Shown in pieces: positions 24,295 to 36,574 of a stretch of DNA of 64,000 bases; the first letter of the stretch is position 1; each line of letters begins with the position of its first letter. Both the position numbers and the translations under genes were made by a program. The notes under the pieces are model-generated. The model was not told the origin of the DNA and did no database searches. It worked only from the letters and a program-made list of their open reading frames with translations. The stretch comes from Macrostomum lignano (Eukaryota), in NCBI GenBank assembly GCA_002269645.1, contig NIVC01000185.1, positions 27,169 to 91,168 on the forward strand. Direction: 5' to 3'.

Positions 24295-25930
24295 AATCAG
24301 TCAGTCCCAACCAAGCATCCCTCAGTCCCAACCAAGCATCCCTCAGTCCCAACAAAGCATCCGTTAGTCCCAAACAATAATCCGTCAATCCCAAACAATA
24401 ACCTGTCAGTCCCAAACAATAATCCGTCAGTCCCAACAATCCGTCAGTCCCAAACAATAATCCGTCAGTCCCAACAATCCGTCAGTCCCAACCAAGCATC
24501 CGTCAGTCCCAACAATCCGTCAGTCCCAACAATCCGTCAGTCCCAACAATCCGTCAGTCCCAACAATCCGTCAGTCCCAACAATCCGTCAGTCCCAACAA
24601 TCCGTCAGTCCCAACAATCCGTCAGTCCCAACAATCCGTCAGTCCCAACAATCCGTCAGTCCCAACAATCCGTCAGTCCCAACAATCCGTCAGTCCCAAA
24701 TAAGCATCCGTCAGTTCAAACAAAGTATCCGGCAGTCCCAAACAATAATCCGTCAGTCCCAACCAAGCATCCGTCAGTACCAAACAACAATCCGTCAGTC
24801 CCAACCAAGCATCCGTCAGTCCCAAACAATAATCCGTCAGTCCCAACCAAGCATCCGTCAGTCCCAAACAATAATCCGTCAGTCCCAACCAAGCATCCGT
24901 CAGTCCCAACCAAGCATCCGTCAGTCCCAACCAAGCATCCGTCAGTCCCAACCAAGCATCCGTCAGTCCCAAAAAATAATCCGTCAGTCCCAACCAAGCC
25001 TCCGTCAGTCCCAAACAATAATCCGTCAGTCCCAACCAAGCATCCGTCAGTCCCAACCAAGCATCCGTCAGTCCCAAACAATAATCCGTCAGTCCCAACC
25101 AAGCATCCGTCAGTCCCAACAATCCGTCAGTCCCAACCAAGCATCCGTCAGTCCCAACAATCCGTCAGTCCCAACCAAGCATCCGTCAGTCCCAAACAAT
25201 AATCCGTCAGTCCCAACCAAGCATCCGTCAGTCCCAACAATCCGTCAGTCCCAAACAATAATCCGTCAGTCCCAAACAATAATCCGTCAGTCCCAACAAT
25301 CCGTCAGTCCCAAACAATAATCCGTCAGTCCCAACCAAGCATCCGTCAGTCGCAAACAATAATCCGTCAATCCCAAACAATAATCCGTCAGTCCCAACCA
25401 AGCATCCGTCAGTCCCAACCAAGCATCCGTCAGTCCCAAACAATAATCCGTCAGTCCCAACCAAGCATCCGTCAGTCCCAAACAATAATCCGTCAGTCCC
25501 AACCAAGAATCCGTCAGTCCCAAACAATAATCCGTCAGTCCCAACCAAGCATCCGTCAGTCCCAACAATCCGTCAGTCCCAACCAAGCATCCGTCAGTCC
25601 CAACAATCCGTCAGTCCCAACCAAGCATCCGTCAGTCCCAACCAAGCATCCGTCAGTCCCAACAATCCGTCAGTCCCAACAAAGCATCCGTCAGTCCCAA
25701 CAATCCGTCAGTCCCAAACAATAATCCGTCAGTCCCAACCAAGCATCCGTCAGTACCAACAAAGCATCCGGCAGTCCCAACAAAGCATCCGTCAGTCATA
25801 AACAAGCATCCGTCAGTACCAACAAAGCATCCGGCAGTCCCAACAAAGCATCCGTCAATCATAAACAAGCATCCGTCAGTACCAACAAAGCATCCGGCAG
25901 TCCCAACAAAGCATCCGTCAGTCATAAACA
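24295..25930. repeat. Large 17-21-bp minisatellite (ATCCGTCAGTCCCAA core)
   Basis: About 1.6 kb of interspersed unit variants (...CCAAGC, ...ACAATA, ...CA). Confidence 0.97.
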
Positions 25931-27097
25931 AGCATATGCAAGAAGTTCCTCTGTCCCACTTTTCAGCTCAGTATTAGATACATTCAATGTATTCCAGTCG
26001 CAGCAGTTTATTGCGGCAGAGGCGAGAGGCTGGGCCAAGTTCAAATAAAGCTCATAATTATTCATTTCACTTGTTAGCGCAGTTGGTAGGCAGGGCACGA
26101 TCACCGGAAAGAAACTCTCGATCTCGAGTGCTAAGAAGCAAAGGGAGCTTTGCATCTAAACTACTCTCATAAAATCCCCAGTGCCCGCCATTTTAGGCTT
26201 GCTCAGCCTTCTCCCATCTGGGTCAACTTGCCACCGGAAAGACTTAAGCTTTGGCTTTAGGATAAGTTCCAGCCTCCGGGATGTCGCATTTTTGTGCAAC
26301 TCCGCTGAGCGCAACTCTGAGCGCGAAGCTGCAGTAAAAGCATTAAAATTGCTACTTTTGCTCGTTGCTCATTGATTACTGGCAGCAGAGGCAACGCCCT
26401 GTCAGTCTTTGGGGCCGCTTTGTCCCGGCTTGAGGCTGCTGCTGCCAGTCAGACGAATTAGAAGAGAAATTTGGCTGAATTCGTCAAGCCTAGAAGGGCG
26501 GACAGCAGCAGCAGCTGCTGCAGAGTTTGGAGAGGCCCTCCGCAAGGCTAACAATGTGCAAACATCAGCGAACCTGCACCCCCCTCTCTAACCTGCTGCT
26601 GGCGCTCCCACAGGACTGTCTCCGTGGGATAACTCCCGCCAGGCAGCATTCGGAAACAAAGGACTTGAAAAAAAAGTACGAAGATAAGCATGAAATTCTA
26701 AGAAACCAAAGGAAGTGAATACAACAGAGGCAAAAAGCTGCATGGGATGCAGCCCCCTGTTGTATACGCTGTATACTTAGCCTCCTTTATTATTTGCTAG
26801 AAAGAGTTGCAACAAAAATTCGTTTGCAAAGAAATGGGGTAGCGGGGAGAGTTTACCGACTGTGGGCCGACCAAATGGACGAAATCTTCTGGCGAAACTG
26901 CCGAAACGCATATTATCTACATGAATATTAAACAGTAAATTAGATTATAGTATGCAGAAATGAAAATAATATACAAAATACGAGGCTATTCAGTAAATAG
27001 AGAGTTTTAAATACGGATTGAGAACCAGCCTTTATTTGATAGTCACTCTTTAGTCATTCATCGATCACTCTTTAGTTACTCGACCCGCGAGCTCAGG

Positions 27098-27630
27098 CTA
27101 GCAGTCCAGGCCAGCCAGGCCAAGCCGGTCGGTCACGCGGGCTCGCAGCAGGTTGCCGTCAACCAGGTAGACGCTGTGCAACCGACGCGGGTCCCCGCCA
27201 TCTCGGGCCGTCCGTTGTCCGGCCGCATCGAGGACGTCGCGCAGTGCGGCGCCGAAGGCCGGGCACGGGCATGCCGCCGCCAGTGCGTCAAGCGGCGTGG
27301 GCAGCGGAGATTCGCGACCGGCCTGTCGAAACAGCCGCCGACCGCATCGCCGGATGAATTTCTTGGCCAGTCGGATCGAGCTCAGGTACCGCCTCGGGTC
27401 GGTCCGGCGTCTGAGCTGGGCAAAGAATGGGCTCAGGGGGCCCACGGTGGCCAGGGTGACTCCCCGGTCTGGCACCTCGCACACGTAGGAATAGAAATAT
27501 TTCTCGCTGTCGGGCACTGTGGCGCAATCGGTCGGGCCGAGGGCCAGGTACAGGCAGGTGTGCTCATAACCAGGCGGCTGCGGCTGCAAATGAACTCTAC
27601 AGTTGTCTGCACTGCTTCTGCGTCGATTGA
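27098..27630 (-). CDS. GC-rich terminal coding exon of an unidentified protein
   Basis: Non-repetitive, GC-rich, stop-free frame (HTCLYLALGPTDCATVPDSEKYFYSYVCE...LHSVYLVDGNLLRARVTDRLGLAGLDC*) within ORF 27098-27877. A possible acceptor GACGCAG lies near 27630. No family recognised with confidence. Confidence 0.55.
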
Positions 27631-28459
27631 GTAAGCGAAGGGTGGTTTGCATCAATCCTTGAAGATTACTCCTGTTTGGGATTATTAGCCTTGCAAGAAA
27701 ATAACTGTTGCTCTGGCTACTGTGGCGCAATCTTGGTTGGAATATTCTGCTCAACACGGCTCTCTGATATATGAGATACTCCGGCCTGCATACATTCGTG
27801 TCCGATAAGATAACAGCAACCTTTGGCGGTTTAATAACTGCCCCAAGCATGACAGAGAGAGAGAGAGAGATAAACAACTGACGTCAATGGTTTGCAGAGA
27901 GAGCCGTTTGCATGGCTTACCTGTGCAGCTGTGAACTCTAGAAACGCTTGACAGACAAACCTTCGCTTTGTAGGTTCCAAGAAAATGCACAGTTTTTCTG
28001 CGTTTCTGTGTTTTGTTTTTGTTTCCGAGCACTTTTATTCACAGATTTCAGAACTGACGTCAGCTGAATAGTTAATCAGCTGCAGGTAAAAATCTTAAAA
28101 AACAATCTGGAGGCCTCTGAGTAATGACATTGTTATCAACCCCATTTAAGGCGTTGAAGTATAGTCAAGACGTGATGTTTTCAAGGTATTGAAGTGGCTT
28201 GCTGAGTGACAAGGTGAGTCAGTATTTGAAAGTGGGTCAGCAGAGGTCATCTAGTTGACAAGGTGGGTCTTTAGGGTGATAAGTGTGCCATCAGTATGTG
28301 CTAAAACAATGTATAGCGAGTGCCACCAGCTAGAATAAAAAAAATGTAATTTAGTGATTTAAAACGAAAGTAACCGAACGCTTTGTATTAGGAATACCGG
28401 TTGGCTCAACTATCAGCTTGGCTGATAAAAGCAACATTATAGCTTTTTGCAGTCAGTTT

Positions 28460-29592
28460 GAGCTTAGGAGCAGTTGACTTAATCCAGAGTGGCAGAACGC
28501 TACTCTCAAGACAATTGCTGCGCCAAGTCTATGGCCCAACCTATAAATCAGCAACAAGATGAGCTTGGAAGCTAAGATAGCGACACTATGAAACGGCCCC
28601 AGACGAGCAGGGTGACGGCCCGCAACCAAGAACCTGGACAAAGATCAGTGATGGAAGTTTTGGACAGAGATGAGTGACCGATCGATATTGCGAAATGGAC
28701 TAAGATTAATGTCTAGTTGCTATACGATAATAAAACAATGAAATCAAGATCCGAAGGGAGCAAAATAAACTAAGTTGAATGCTCCAAAGATGAAGTAGAA
28801 AACAGCCCCAGATTTGTTTCTTTGGCGTATAGAATAGCTGAGAATGGCGCAGTCCGAAGCCATTCTTTACGCCATAGACAGCAAATCTTGGGGTGTTATT
28901 ATATTTGAACCTAAGTGTCACTCAGCCAGGCGATCCCAAATCTCAAGCAGCTAATCAATTCGTAATCGTAATTTTTGGCAAGTCCAATTCGACATGGAAG
29001 ACGCTTTACCTTCCGATCCTGGCGATTTTGAGACCCCAGGTATGGAGGTTTCTCCGGATTTACTGGACTTTCTGATACAACCAGAAAATGCGTCACAGTT
29101 GGCGCGCTCTAAATATAATATAAGTGAAAATAAGGGCCGATTCCAGACACTGACAGAAGCAGACGTTCAGCGAGAGATTGAAGAGAGCTCGCCCTCGACA
29201 ACAAGAAGGAAGGCAGAATGGTCAATCAGGTGGTGGCGGTGGTCCAGCTCTACTGGTTTTAAACGACGTGGACGAAATGTCAAAAAGTGAGCTGAACTTT
29301 CTATTGAAGCTCTGTGTCCTGTTGGACGAACTGATTGGCTTTTTAATTTGTTATTTTTCTTCTCTTGTTCTAAATTTTTCGCTGTTCTGCACTAGCTGAT
29401 TTCACGGCCCGGCCATTAAATAAAATGCGTTACATACCATAGACACTGGACTGAGCCAGACTGGGGTTTAAGTTTTTTTCACCAGTCAAACTTCATCAGT
29501 CAAACCAGTCACCAAAGAATAATAGCTCAGTATTCTTTGGGCGGCAGTTGTCTTGAGTGTAGCGCTCTGCCGCTCTGGATGCTCCTAAGCTC
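28460..29592 (+). mobile_element. Inverted-repeat-bounded element carrying a disrupted Crypton/DUF3504-like N-terminal ORF
   Basis: Arms 28460-28526 and 29537-29592 are reverse complements (GAGCTTAGGAGC..ATCCAGAG.GGCAGA.CGCTAC.CTCAAGACAA.TGC; 10-bp indel). The internal ORF pieces RFQTLTEADVQREIEESSPSTTRRKAEWSIR and, after a frameshift, LNDVDEMSKSELNFLLKLCVL resemble the N-terminal part of Crypton-derived (KCTD1/ZMYM/QRICH1-type) proteins. Confidence 0.55.
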
Positions 29593-30324
29593 GCTAGGAG
29601 CCTCGGTAAAAGCAATAGAAGGCGGCGGAAACGCCTCATAGCTACCTGGGAGCTTCAGCTTCTGATCGTGCACTTCTGAAAGGCACTTCTAGCTCTGCTG
29701 CTAAGAACAGCATTCCTAAATAGATAGAAGCTGCAGATGAGCTGATAGAATTGCTAATCAATCACGCTAACGTGTCTTCTCCAGCCAAGCATGGTCAGCA
29801 TGCAGCTGCTGCGAGGGAAAATCGATAGAGTTATTGCAGTCGATAATTGCATAATTAATTTATAGCCTATTTCATTCCGGAGAGATATACTAGAGAAAAA
29901 GGCCAATTGATTTTTCTCAGTTCCAGGCTAAACTGTTGACATAAATATTGTCGCATACCACTCGGGTGCAAACAACCTGGGCAAGGATTATCTTGTCAGC
30001 AGATGACATTAAGCTATTTCATTAATACAATTCTGCTAGTATACTTAAAGTGTAGTTGTCATAGCCAACAGCCCCAAGATATTAATTTGAAATATTGGAT
30101 TGCAGTAGTCGAAATACTTCGTATAATTGGGAGGCTGAGTTTGGCGTGGGATCTGTAGTGAAGTCGTCGGGCAGCTGTTGCATTTCGGGTGAGCAGATTG
30201 GCCTTCTGCTCGCTAGACGGCCAGTAGAGATTGATGAAGTGAAGGCCACTGGATGGGCAAGAAAACATTTGGGGCAGTGAGGGCAGTAAAGAATGCTGAG
30301 ACACCGTGTGGGTGTGGGAATTCT

Positions 30325-31030
30325 GAGACTACACGGGGGACGCTGACACTACACGGGGGAAGCTGAGACTACATGGGGGAAGCTGAGATATCATGGAGGA
30401 AGCTGAGACTACACGGAGGAAGCTGAGATAACACGATGGAAGCTGAGATATCACGGGGGAAGCTGAGACTACACGGGGGAAGCTGAGACTACACGGGGAA
30501 GCTGAGATATCACGGAGGAAGCTGAGATATCACGGAGGAAGCTGAGATATCACGGAGGAAGCTGAGATATCACGGAGGAAGCTGAGATATCACGGAGGAA
30601 GCTGAGATATCACGGAGGAAGCTGAGATATCACGGAGGAAGCTGAGATACCACGGAGGAAGCTGAGATATCACGGAGGAAGCTGAGATATCACGGAGGAA
30701 GCTGAGATAACACGATGGAAGCTGAGATATCACGGAGGAAGCTGAGATATCACGGAGGAAGCTGAGATATCACGGAGGAAGCTGAGACTACACGGAGGAA
30801 GCTGAGATAACACGATGGAAGCTGAGATATCACGGAGGAAGCTGAGATATCACGGAGGAAGCTGAGACATCACGGAGGAAGCTGAAATATCACGGAGGAA
30901 GCTGAGATATCACGGAGGAAGCTGAGATATCACGGAGGAAGCTGAAATATCACGGAGGAAGCTGAGACTGCACGGGGGAAGCTGAGATATCACGGAGGAA
31001 GCTGAGACTGCACGGGGGAAGCTGAGGCAG
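30325..31030. repeat. 20-bp minisatellite (GCTGAGATATCACGGAGGAA)
   Basis: About 34 tandem copies. Confidence 0.97.
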
Positions 31031-31221
31031 CATGGATGGAGCTGAGAAGTTGAGACAGCTTGTGATGCAGAAATTTTCAAGCGTCACAATCTAAAAAACG
31101 CTCACTACTACCCAAAACTCACTTACTACTGATGGTGTCTTACTACTGACAAAAGTAATATCGTGCCAAAACATTTCTGATGAACTTGTCCGCAATTCGG
31201 CTGAGCCTGCGACGCAATATA

Positions 31222-32471
31222 TTGGGTTGTTAGGAAAGTTCTGTCCGTTTTTTTATTTTTCTATGCAGAGGATCATGAAGCTGTGTTGGATCCAATACTT
31301 GTGTATGCATATACAGCCAGAGTTGTGGTCATTCTAACCAAGTCATTTGCTTTTCAGCGCCCAATTATGGCCAGATATTTTGAATTAAACAGCATCGCTC
31401 TAAGGCAGTGCATGCTATATGATTTTCTAGCAGGTATTACAGCAGCCGAATCGACTCGACGCCTGTGCAGTGCATTTGGCCAGGATGCTGTCTCTGACCG
31501 CACAGCCCGTCGTTGGTTTGATCGCTTTCGCAGCGGCGACTACAGCCTTGCTGACGAACCTCGCCCTGGACGCCCATCTGAGATAGACACTGAGCTGCTG
31601 CGGACACTTGTGGAGGCCAATCCGCACCAGACTACACGAGAGCTGGCAGCCACTCTTGGGTGCTCCCATGTGCAAGTCGCTGAACACCTGGCTGCCATGG
31701 GCAAGAAAAGCAAGCTCGGACAGTGGACCCCCATGACCTGACTGACAGGGACCGTCAAAGCCGAGCAGACATTTGCACCTCACTGCTCTCCTACAAGAGA
31801 ACAACAGACTGGCTGGCCTCAATACTCACTGGCGATGAGAAGTGGGTGATGTACGTTAATATACACCGCAAGTGCCAGTGGGTTGATGCCGGCAAACCGC
31901 CACAGCCAGAGCCAAAGGCCCCACTGCACCCTAAGAAGGTGATGCTCTGCTGTTGGTGGGACAGTGAAGGAGTTGTATACTTCGAGCTGCTGCCGCCCAA
32001 CACCAGCATCACCGCCGAGCTCTACTGTAACCAGCTGCAGAATGTGGCCGACTGCCTCCGCACACAGCGTCCAGGGCGTCAGCATGTTTGCTTCCTTCAT
32101 GACAACGCTCGGCCGCACACCGCCAATTTGACCCGACAAAAGCTGCTGGATCTGGGCTGGGAAGTGCTGCCCCACCCACCGTACAGCCCCGATCTGGCCC
32201 CTACAGACTACCATCTTTTTCGAGCGCTGCACCATCATCTGAAAGAGAAAACGTTTGAAGATGACAAAGGGGTCAAGGACTGCATTACTAACTTTTTTGA
32301 ATCACAGCCCAAGGATTTCTACAGAGCTGGCATCCAAAGTCTGCCCTCTCGTTGGCAGAGGGTCATCGATTGCGATGGCAATTATTTTACTGAGTAACAC
32401 TGCTGCATTCCTATAAAAACTCGCTCCAACATATTTTAGTCAAAACGGACAGAACTTTCCTAACAGCCCAA
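31222..32471 (+). mobile_element. Tc1/mariner DD34D (mariner) transposon, full length, 1250 bp
   Basis: TIR TTGGGTTGTTAGGAAAGTTCTGTCCGTTTT at 31222 and its reverse complement ending at 32471 (1 mismatch). Flanked by TA at 31220-31221 and 32472-32473. Confidence 0.96.
31367..32397 (+). pseudogene. Mariner transposase with a single frameshift
   Basis: Contains an HTH region, WTPHDL (WVPHEL-like), TGDEKW, HDNARPH and YSPDLAPTDY with 34 residues between the last two Asp. One C is missing in the C5 run at ~31728-31732, splitting ORFs 31283-31741 and 31723-32397. Confidence 0.93.
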
Positions 32472-33759
32472 TAAATTGGCGAATATTTATAAAGAGCACC
32501 AGATCCCGTCTGGTCTGTTTGGCTCGGCCAGTGCGCAGTGTGTAATGCGACTCGACTAAAACGGACAGACAGACAGCTGCTGCGCAAGACAGATGGCGGA
32601 CGGTTGCAGACGGCTGGGGCTTCAAAGCTCTTTTTGATCTGGAGGGTTTGCCCCCGCTATTCCCCGTCCTGCAGGCGGAAATGCAGACAGGGGAGAGAGC
32701 TAGAATGATGGGGGCAGATGCAACGCCAGATGGTAGTTGCAGACGCGGCTGTGGGTTGTGCTTGGGCCATGATGATTTCGAGTTCTAGAATCTGGAATGA
32801 GAAACATCCCCTGTTCTAATACTAGGGCTAGGGAGATTGGAGCAAAAAATCTGCCTTACGATTTTTGACGTACATGCCTGAAGATTAGAAAGTCAGGGCT
32901 TTCTAACGTGCCCTATTATCATTATTACATTATAAGGTGGCATGGGTTCTTCGCGTGTATTTAGAAAGTATTAATTACTATCAACTGAACAAACACTAAG
33001 TCAAACTTAGTGAAATTCCATGTTCTAGCTATATCGATCTCCTTGGCCGGCTGGGCCGCCGTTGTGTGCGAGACCGAGCGTGTGTGCGTGTGCAGTGTAG
33101 CCGATGCCAGACCCCTCCGTGGCTCTCCCGCACCACCCTTGCACCCACCCCGGCCCGCTTTGGGTCTTCTTTCCAGTTTCCCGGAGCCAACTGGAGGCGG
33201 CAGCAGCAAACTGGGGCGATGCAGAGACAGCTGCAGCTACAGAGAGGAGAGAGCGGTACACTGCGGGTCAGGAAAGCAGTGCTTGCGCTTTGGTTCCGCT
33301 GGCCTGTTGGCGGGCTGAGCGCAGGCAGATACGCAATACTGCACGATAGGCATTATAAAGATTCGGCCGCTGTCTGGCATGGAATCTGCACTGTCATTTA
33401 GCTGCTAGTTGCTCCGCTGTCTCCTCTCCCTCTTCCCCTTTCCTCTCTCAGCGATCATCGGCATTAACGAGCCTGGCAGAGCGGCAATGGTCTCTCAGTT
33501 CGACCAGCCAGCTTCATCAGCACTCTATTAACGCAGCTATCTATAGCTTAAGCTACCAGAATAGAACTAGTTGATCGCTAGATTAGAATCCGACAAGCTA
33601 AATTTTTTTCTAAATTGGTAAGTTGTATTTTTTAACATCTTGGTTAAAAATATTGTCAAGCCAACTTGGTTTTGAGGCTGAATTTATTTTCCTTGTTACA
33701 GTTACGAAAGCAACACGAAATTTCATCGCTTTTAGACCAGAGATCGAAGGCTGATTTTG

Positions 33760-33960
33760 AGATAGAGGGGGAGAGGAGAGGGGAAGGAGAGGATAGAGGA
33801 AGGGAGATGAGTCGAGAGGGGAGAGAGACAGAAGGGGAGAGATGAGAAGAGACACAAACCTTGAGCGGGCCGGATTGCTATAATTCTGAAGTTTCAAAAG
33901 ACCCGAGGGCCGGATAGAGTGACGTCGCGGGCTGCATGTTGCCCGCGGGCCGGAGTTCGC
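33760..33960. repeat. Dispersed repeat end with degenerate (GGAGA)n tract; inverted homologue at 43855-43970
   Basis: AGAAGAGAC.CAAACCTTGAGCGGGCCGGATTGCTAT..TGAAGTTTCAAA.GACCCGAGGGCCGG.TAGAG...CCCGCGGG is shared in opposite orientation. Confidence 0.8.
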
Positions 33961-35149
33961 TTCAGACTATAGATATCAAAATGTTTTGATGCAGAGAAAC
34001 TGAATACTTGGCAGTCAGACTTATTGTATGAAGATGAGGATTTGGAGAGAGATATTACTTCAGATTCTGGTTCAGAATCACCTAGTATAAGGTCAAGAGG
34101 AGGGTTCACTAGATCAGACAAGCAGGTGCAGGTTACGCCAGTTGACTGTTTTGCCAAAGCAATCCATTAGCATTTCTCCTGCAGTGCCACCCCTGGAGCC
34201 TTCAATCGTTTAATGTATACAAACAGGTGAAACCTGACCCAGGGTTGAAGATACACGGAAAGAAACCCTGCTGCATAGACAGAAAAAAATCTTTGGCCTT
34301 AGACACGGGATGCGCTGTGGAGGGATGCGCGCACCAAATTTGAAAAGATTGGACGGGTCAGCGAAAATGATGCGCTTAAGCAGTGTCGGTACTGGAGTAA
34401 CTAGGCCGAATCTTTGAAACCTGGTGTTTGTGTACGAAAATTAGCCTTGAGGCTTGTGGTCTGCATGGGGGATTCACACCCGTGGCCGTGAGGGCCAACC
34501 CCCAAGGCACAGTTTAATTACTTGTAGAAAGTCAGGACTACTTCTTTAATAAGTTTCTAAATTCTTTTGGAACTCGAAATAAGCATATTGGATAAGAGCA
34601 GTGTGGAGCAGAACACCCTGGAATCGTTCATAACTTTTTAATTGTTTCTTTAACCCGATGGCTAAACTCTGAGGCTAGTAATAAACAGGGTGGAAAGCTA
34701 GTCCATCAAGTGACCATAATTTAAGCTCGATAAGAACTAGGTGCCCCCCCCACGCATTTAACAGCACCTCCTCTCTACTCGCGCCTATTACGTGAGAATT
34801 TGCTTTTAAAACGCAGTTCTCGTTTCTATAGCTTTGGCTTAAATAGTGACTCACGCTATCACAAAGCCTTTTGCTCTCGCTCTTTTCCTCCGCCCCCCTC
34901 TGTTTACTTCTTCAATACTCGACCTACTTGTGCGCCCAGTCACATGCCAACTAGCGAGCCCGGTCAGCTCGGAAAGATAAAGCAGCACTTTGAAACACGC
35001 AGTGACGCAACAGTTGGCTGCGTGTTGCCCAGGCCATTCTTAAGCTTGAAACCTGTCAGTCAGCTCACTGCAGTGATATAATAATTAGCTCGTATTTACT
35101 GTGCTCACAAGCCAGCCACTCGTTGAGGTAGGATAATCTAAGGCTAAAT

Positions 35150-35232
35150 TCCTTCCTAACCTTCCCTTCCTTCCTCCCTTCCATCCTTCCTTCCTTCCTT
35201 CCTTCCATCCTTCCTTCCTTCCTTCCTTCGCT

Positions 35233-35263
<31 letters not shown>

Positions 35264-35415
35264 TCGTTCGTTCGTTCGTTCGTTCGTTCGTTCGTTCGTT
35301 CGTTCGTTCGTTCGTTCGTTCGTTCGTTCGTTCGTTCATTCGTTCGTTCGTTCGTTCGTTCGTTCATTCGTTCGTTCGTTCGTTCGTTCGTTCGTTCGTT
35401 CGTTCGTTCGTTCGT
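35150..35415. repeat. Compound (TTCC)n-(TTCG)n microsatellite
   Basis: Tetranucleotide runs upstream of the Rho gene. Confidence 0.98.
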
Positions 35416-35496
35416 CCCTCCCTTTAATCATTCAGCCATTAATTAATTCATTTCATCACTCCTTCAGGGGCTCACTGCACAGCCTAGATCGCAGCA

Positions 35497-36376
35497 ATGC
35501 CCCAGCAGCAGCATCAACAGCAGCACCTGCACCCTCACCTGCCGGCTCGCATCAAGTGCGTAGTGGTCGGCGACGGAGGCGCCGGCAAGACCTGCCTCCT
35601 GTCCTCTTACTCACGCGGAGTCTTCCCAACTGACTACATACCCACGGTGTTCGACAACTACGACGCAGCCGTGATGGTGTGCGGGGCCCAGGTGCATCTC
35701 AGCCTGTGGGACAGCGCCGGCCAAGAGGACTACGACAAGCTGCGGCCGCTGTCCTACCCAGAAACCGACGTCTTTCTCGTCTGCTTCAGCGTCGGCAACA
35801 AGCCGTCGTTTGCCAACGTGCTGGACAAATGGAGCCCCGAGCTGAGGCAGCACGCACCGCAGGCCCCACTGCTCCTAGTCGGCACCAAGGCCGACCTGCG
35901 CGATGACGCCGAGTTCACGGCGCACCTGGCGCTGCACAACGACTGCCCGATCGGGCGCGATGAGGCCGCCGATATGGCGCGCGAAATTGGCGCCGTCAAG
36001 TACATCGAGTGCTCGGCGCTCAAGGGGATCAACGTGTCGCTGGTAATTCGCATGGCAACTAATTGGTTTTTGCAAATCTGTTTTGAGACTAGCTCGTTTC
36101 ACACCGCCATCAAGTAAGGCCAAAGGGCCTGTCAACTTAAGCTCATAAAGTAGAGTCCCTAATTATCCTCTTGCTTGTTTTCCCCCATCCTAAGTCCGAT
36201 TCTCGTCAATTTTTTTGCTAAACCCTGCTTTCTGGTGTTTCTCAGAACCTCTTGTTTCACCAACAATCCAGGTGTTCGAGGAGGCGGTGAAGTCCGTGCT
36301 CTGGCCCGAGTGCAGCGCCAGTGGCAAGCGCACGACCAGCAAGAAGCACCGGAAGCGGTCGTGCGCACTTCAGTGA
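35497..36376 (+). CDS. Rho-family small GTPase (Rac/Cdc42-like), 216 aa
   Basis: Exon 35497-36042 has [50 protein letters not shown] and YIECSAL. Intron 36043-36271 (GT..AG). Exon 36272-36376 reads [10 protein letters not shown]...[11 protein letters not shown] (polybasic region plus CAAX). Confidence 0.95.
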
Positions 36377-36574
36377 AGCGAGGTGGCAGCAGTCAGATGC
36401 GCTAACGAAGCCACGCTAGTCCGCAAGGGTGCAGGGGCGAGAGAAAATAATTACTTTGTATGGTTGTGCCACTTGGACTTGAACCATATAGCCGACACCC
36501 GGGCATAAAGACGGACGTTCTCATCCCCCCAGCTTTCAAATTTTGTTACTCGTCAATTTGTCACCTCAAATACA

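Noticed and set aside
24277-25931. Long ORFs (347 aa etc.) such as IRQSQ-repeat proteins
   Set aside because: Products of the 17-21-bp minisatellite, open in several frames and strands; no start context or splice support.
32555-32572. Partial match to the mariner TIR (AAAACGGACAGA)
   Set aside because: Only about 12 bp, runs into a GACA repeat, no TA or partner.
33010-33318. ORF with a signal-peptide-like start (MKFHVLAISISLAGWAAVVC)
   Set aside because: Starts at GTG, rest lacks recognisable features, no splice support; probably non-coding.
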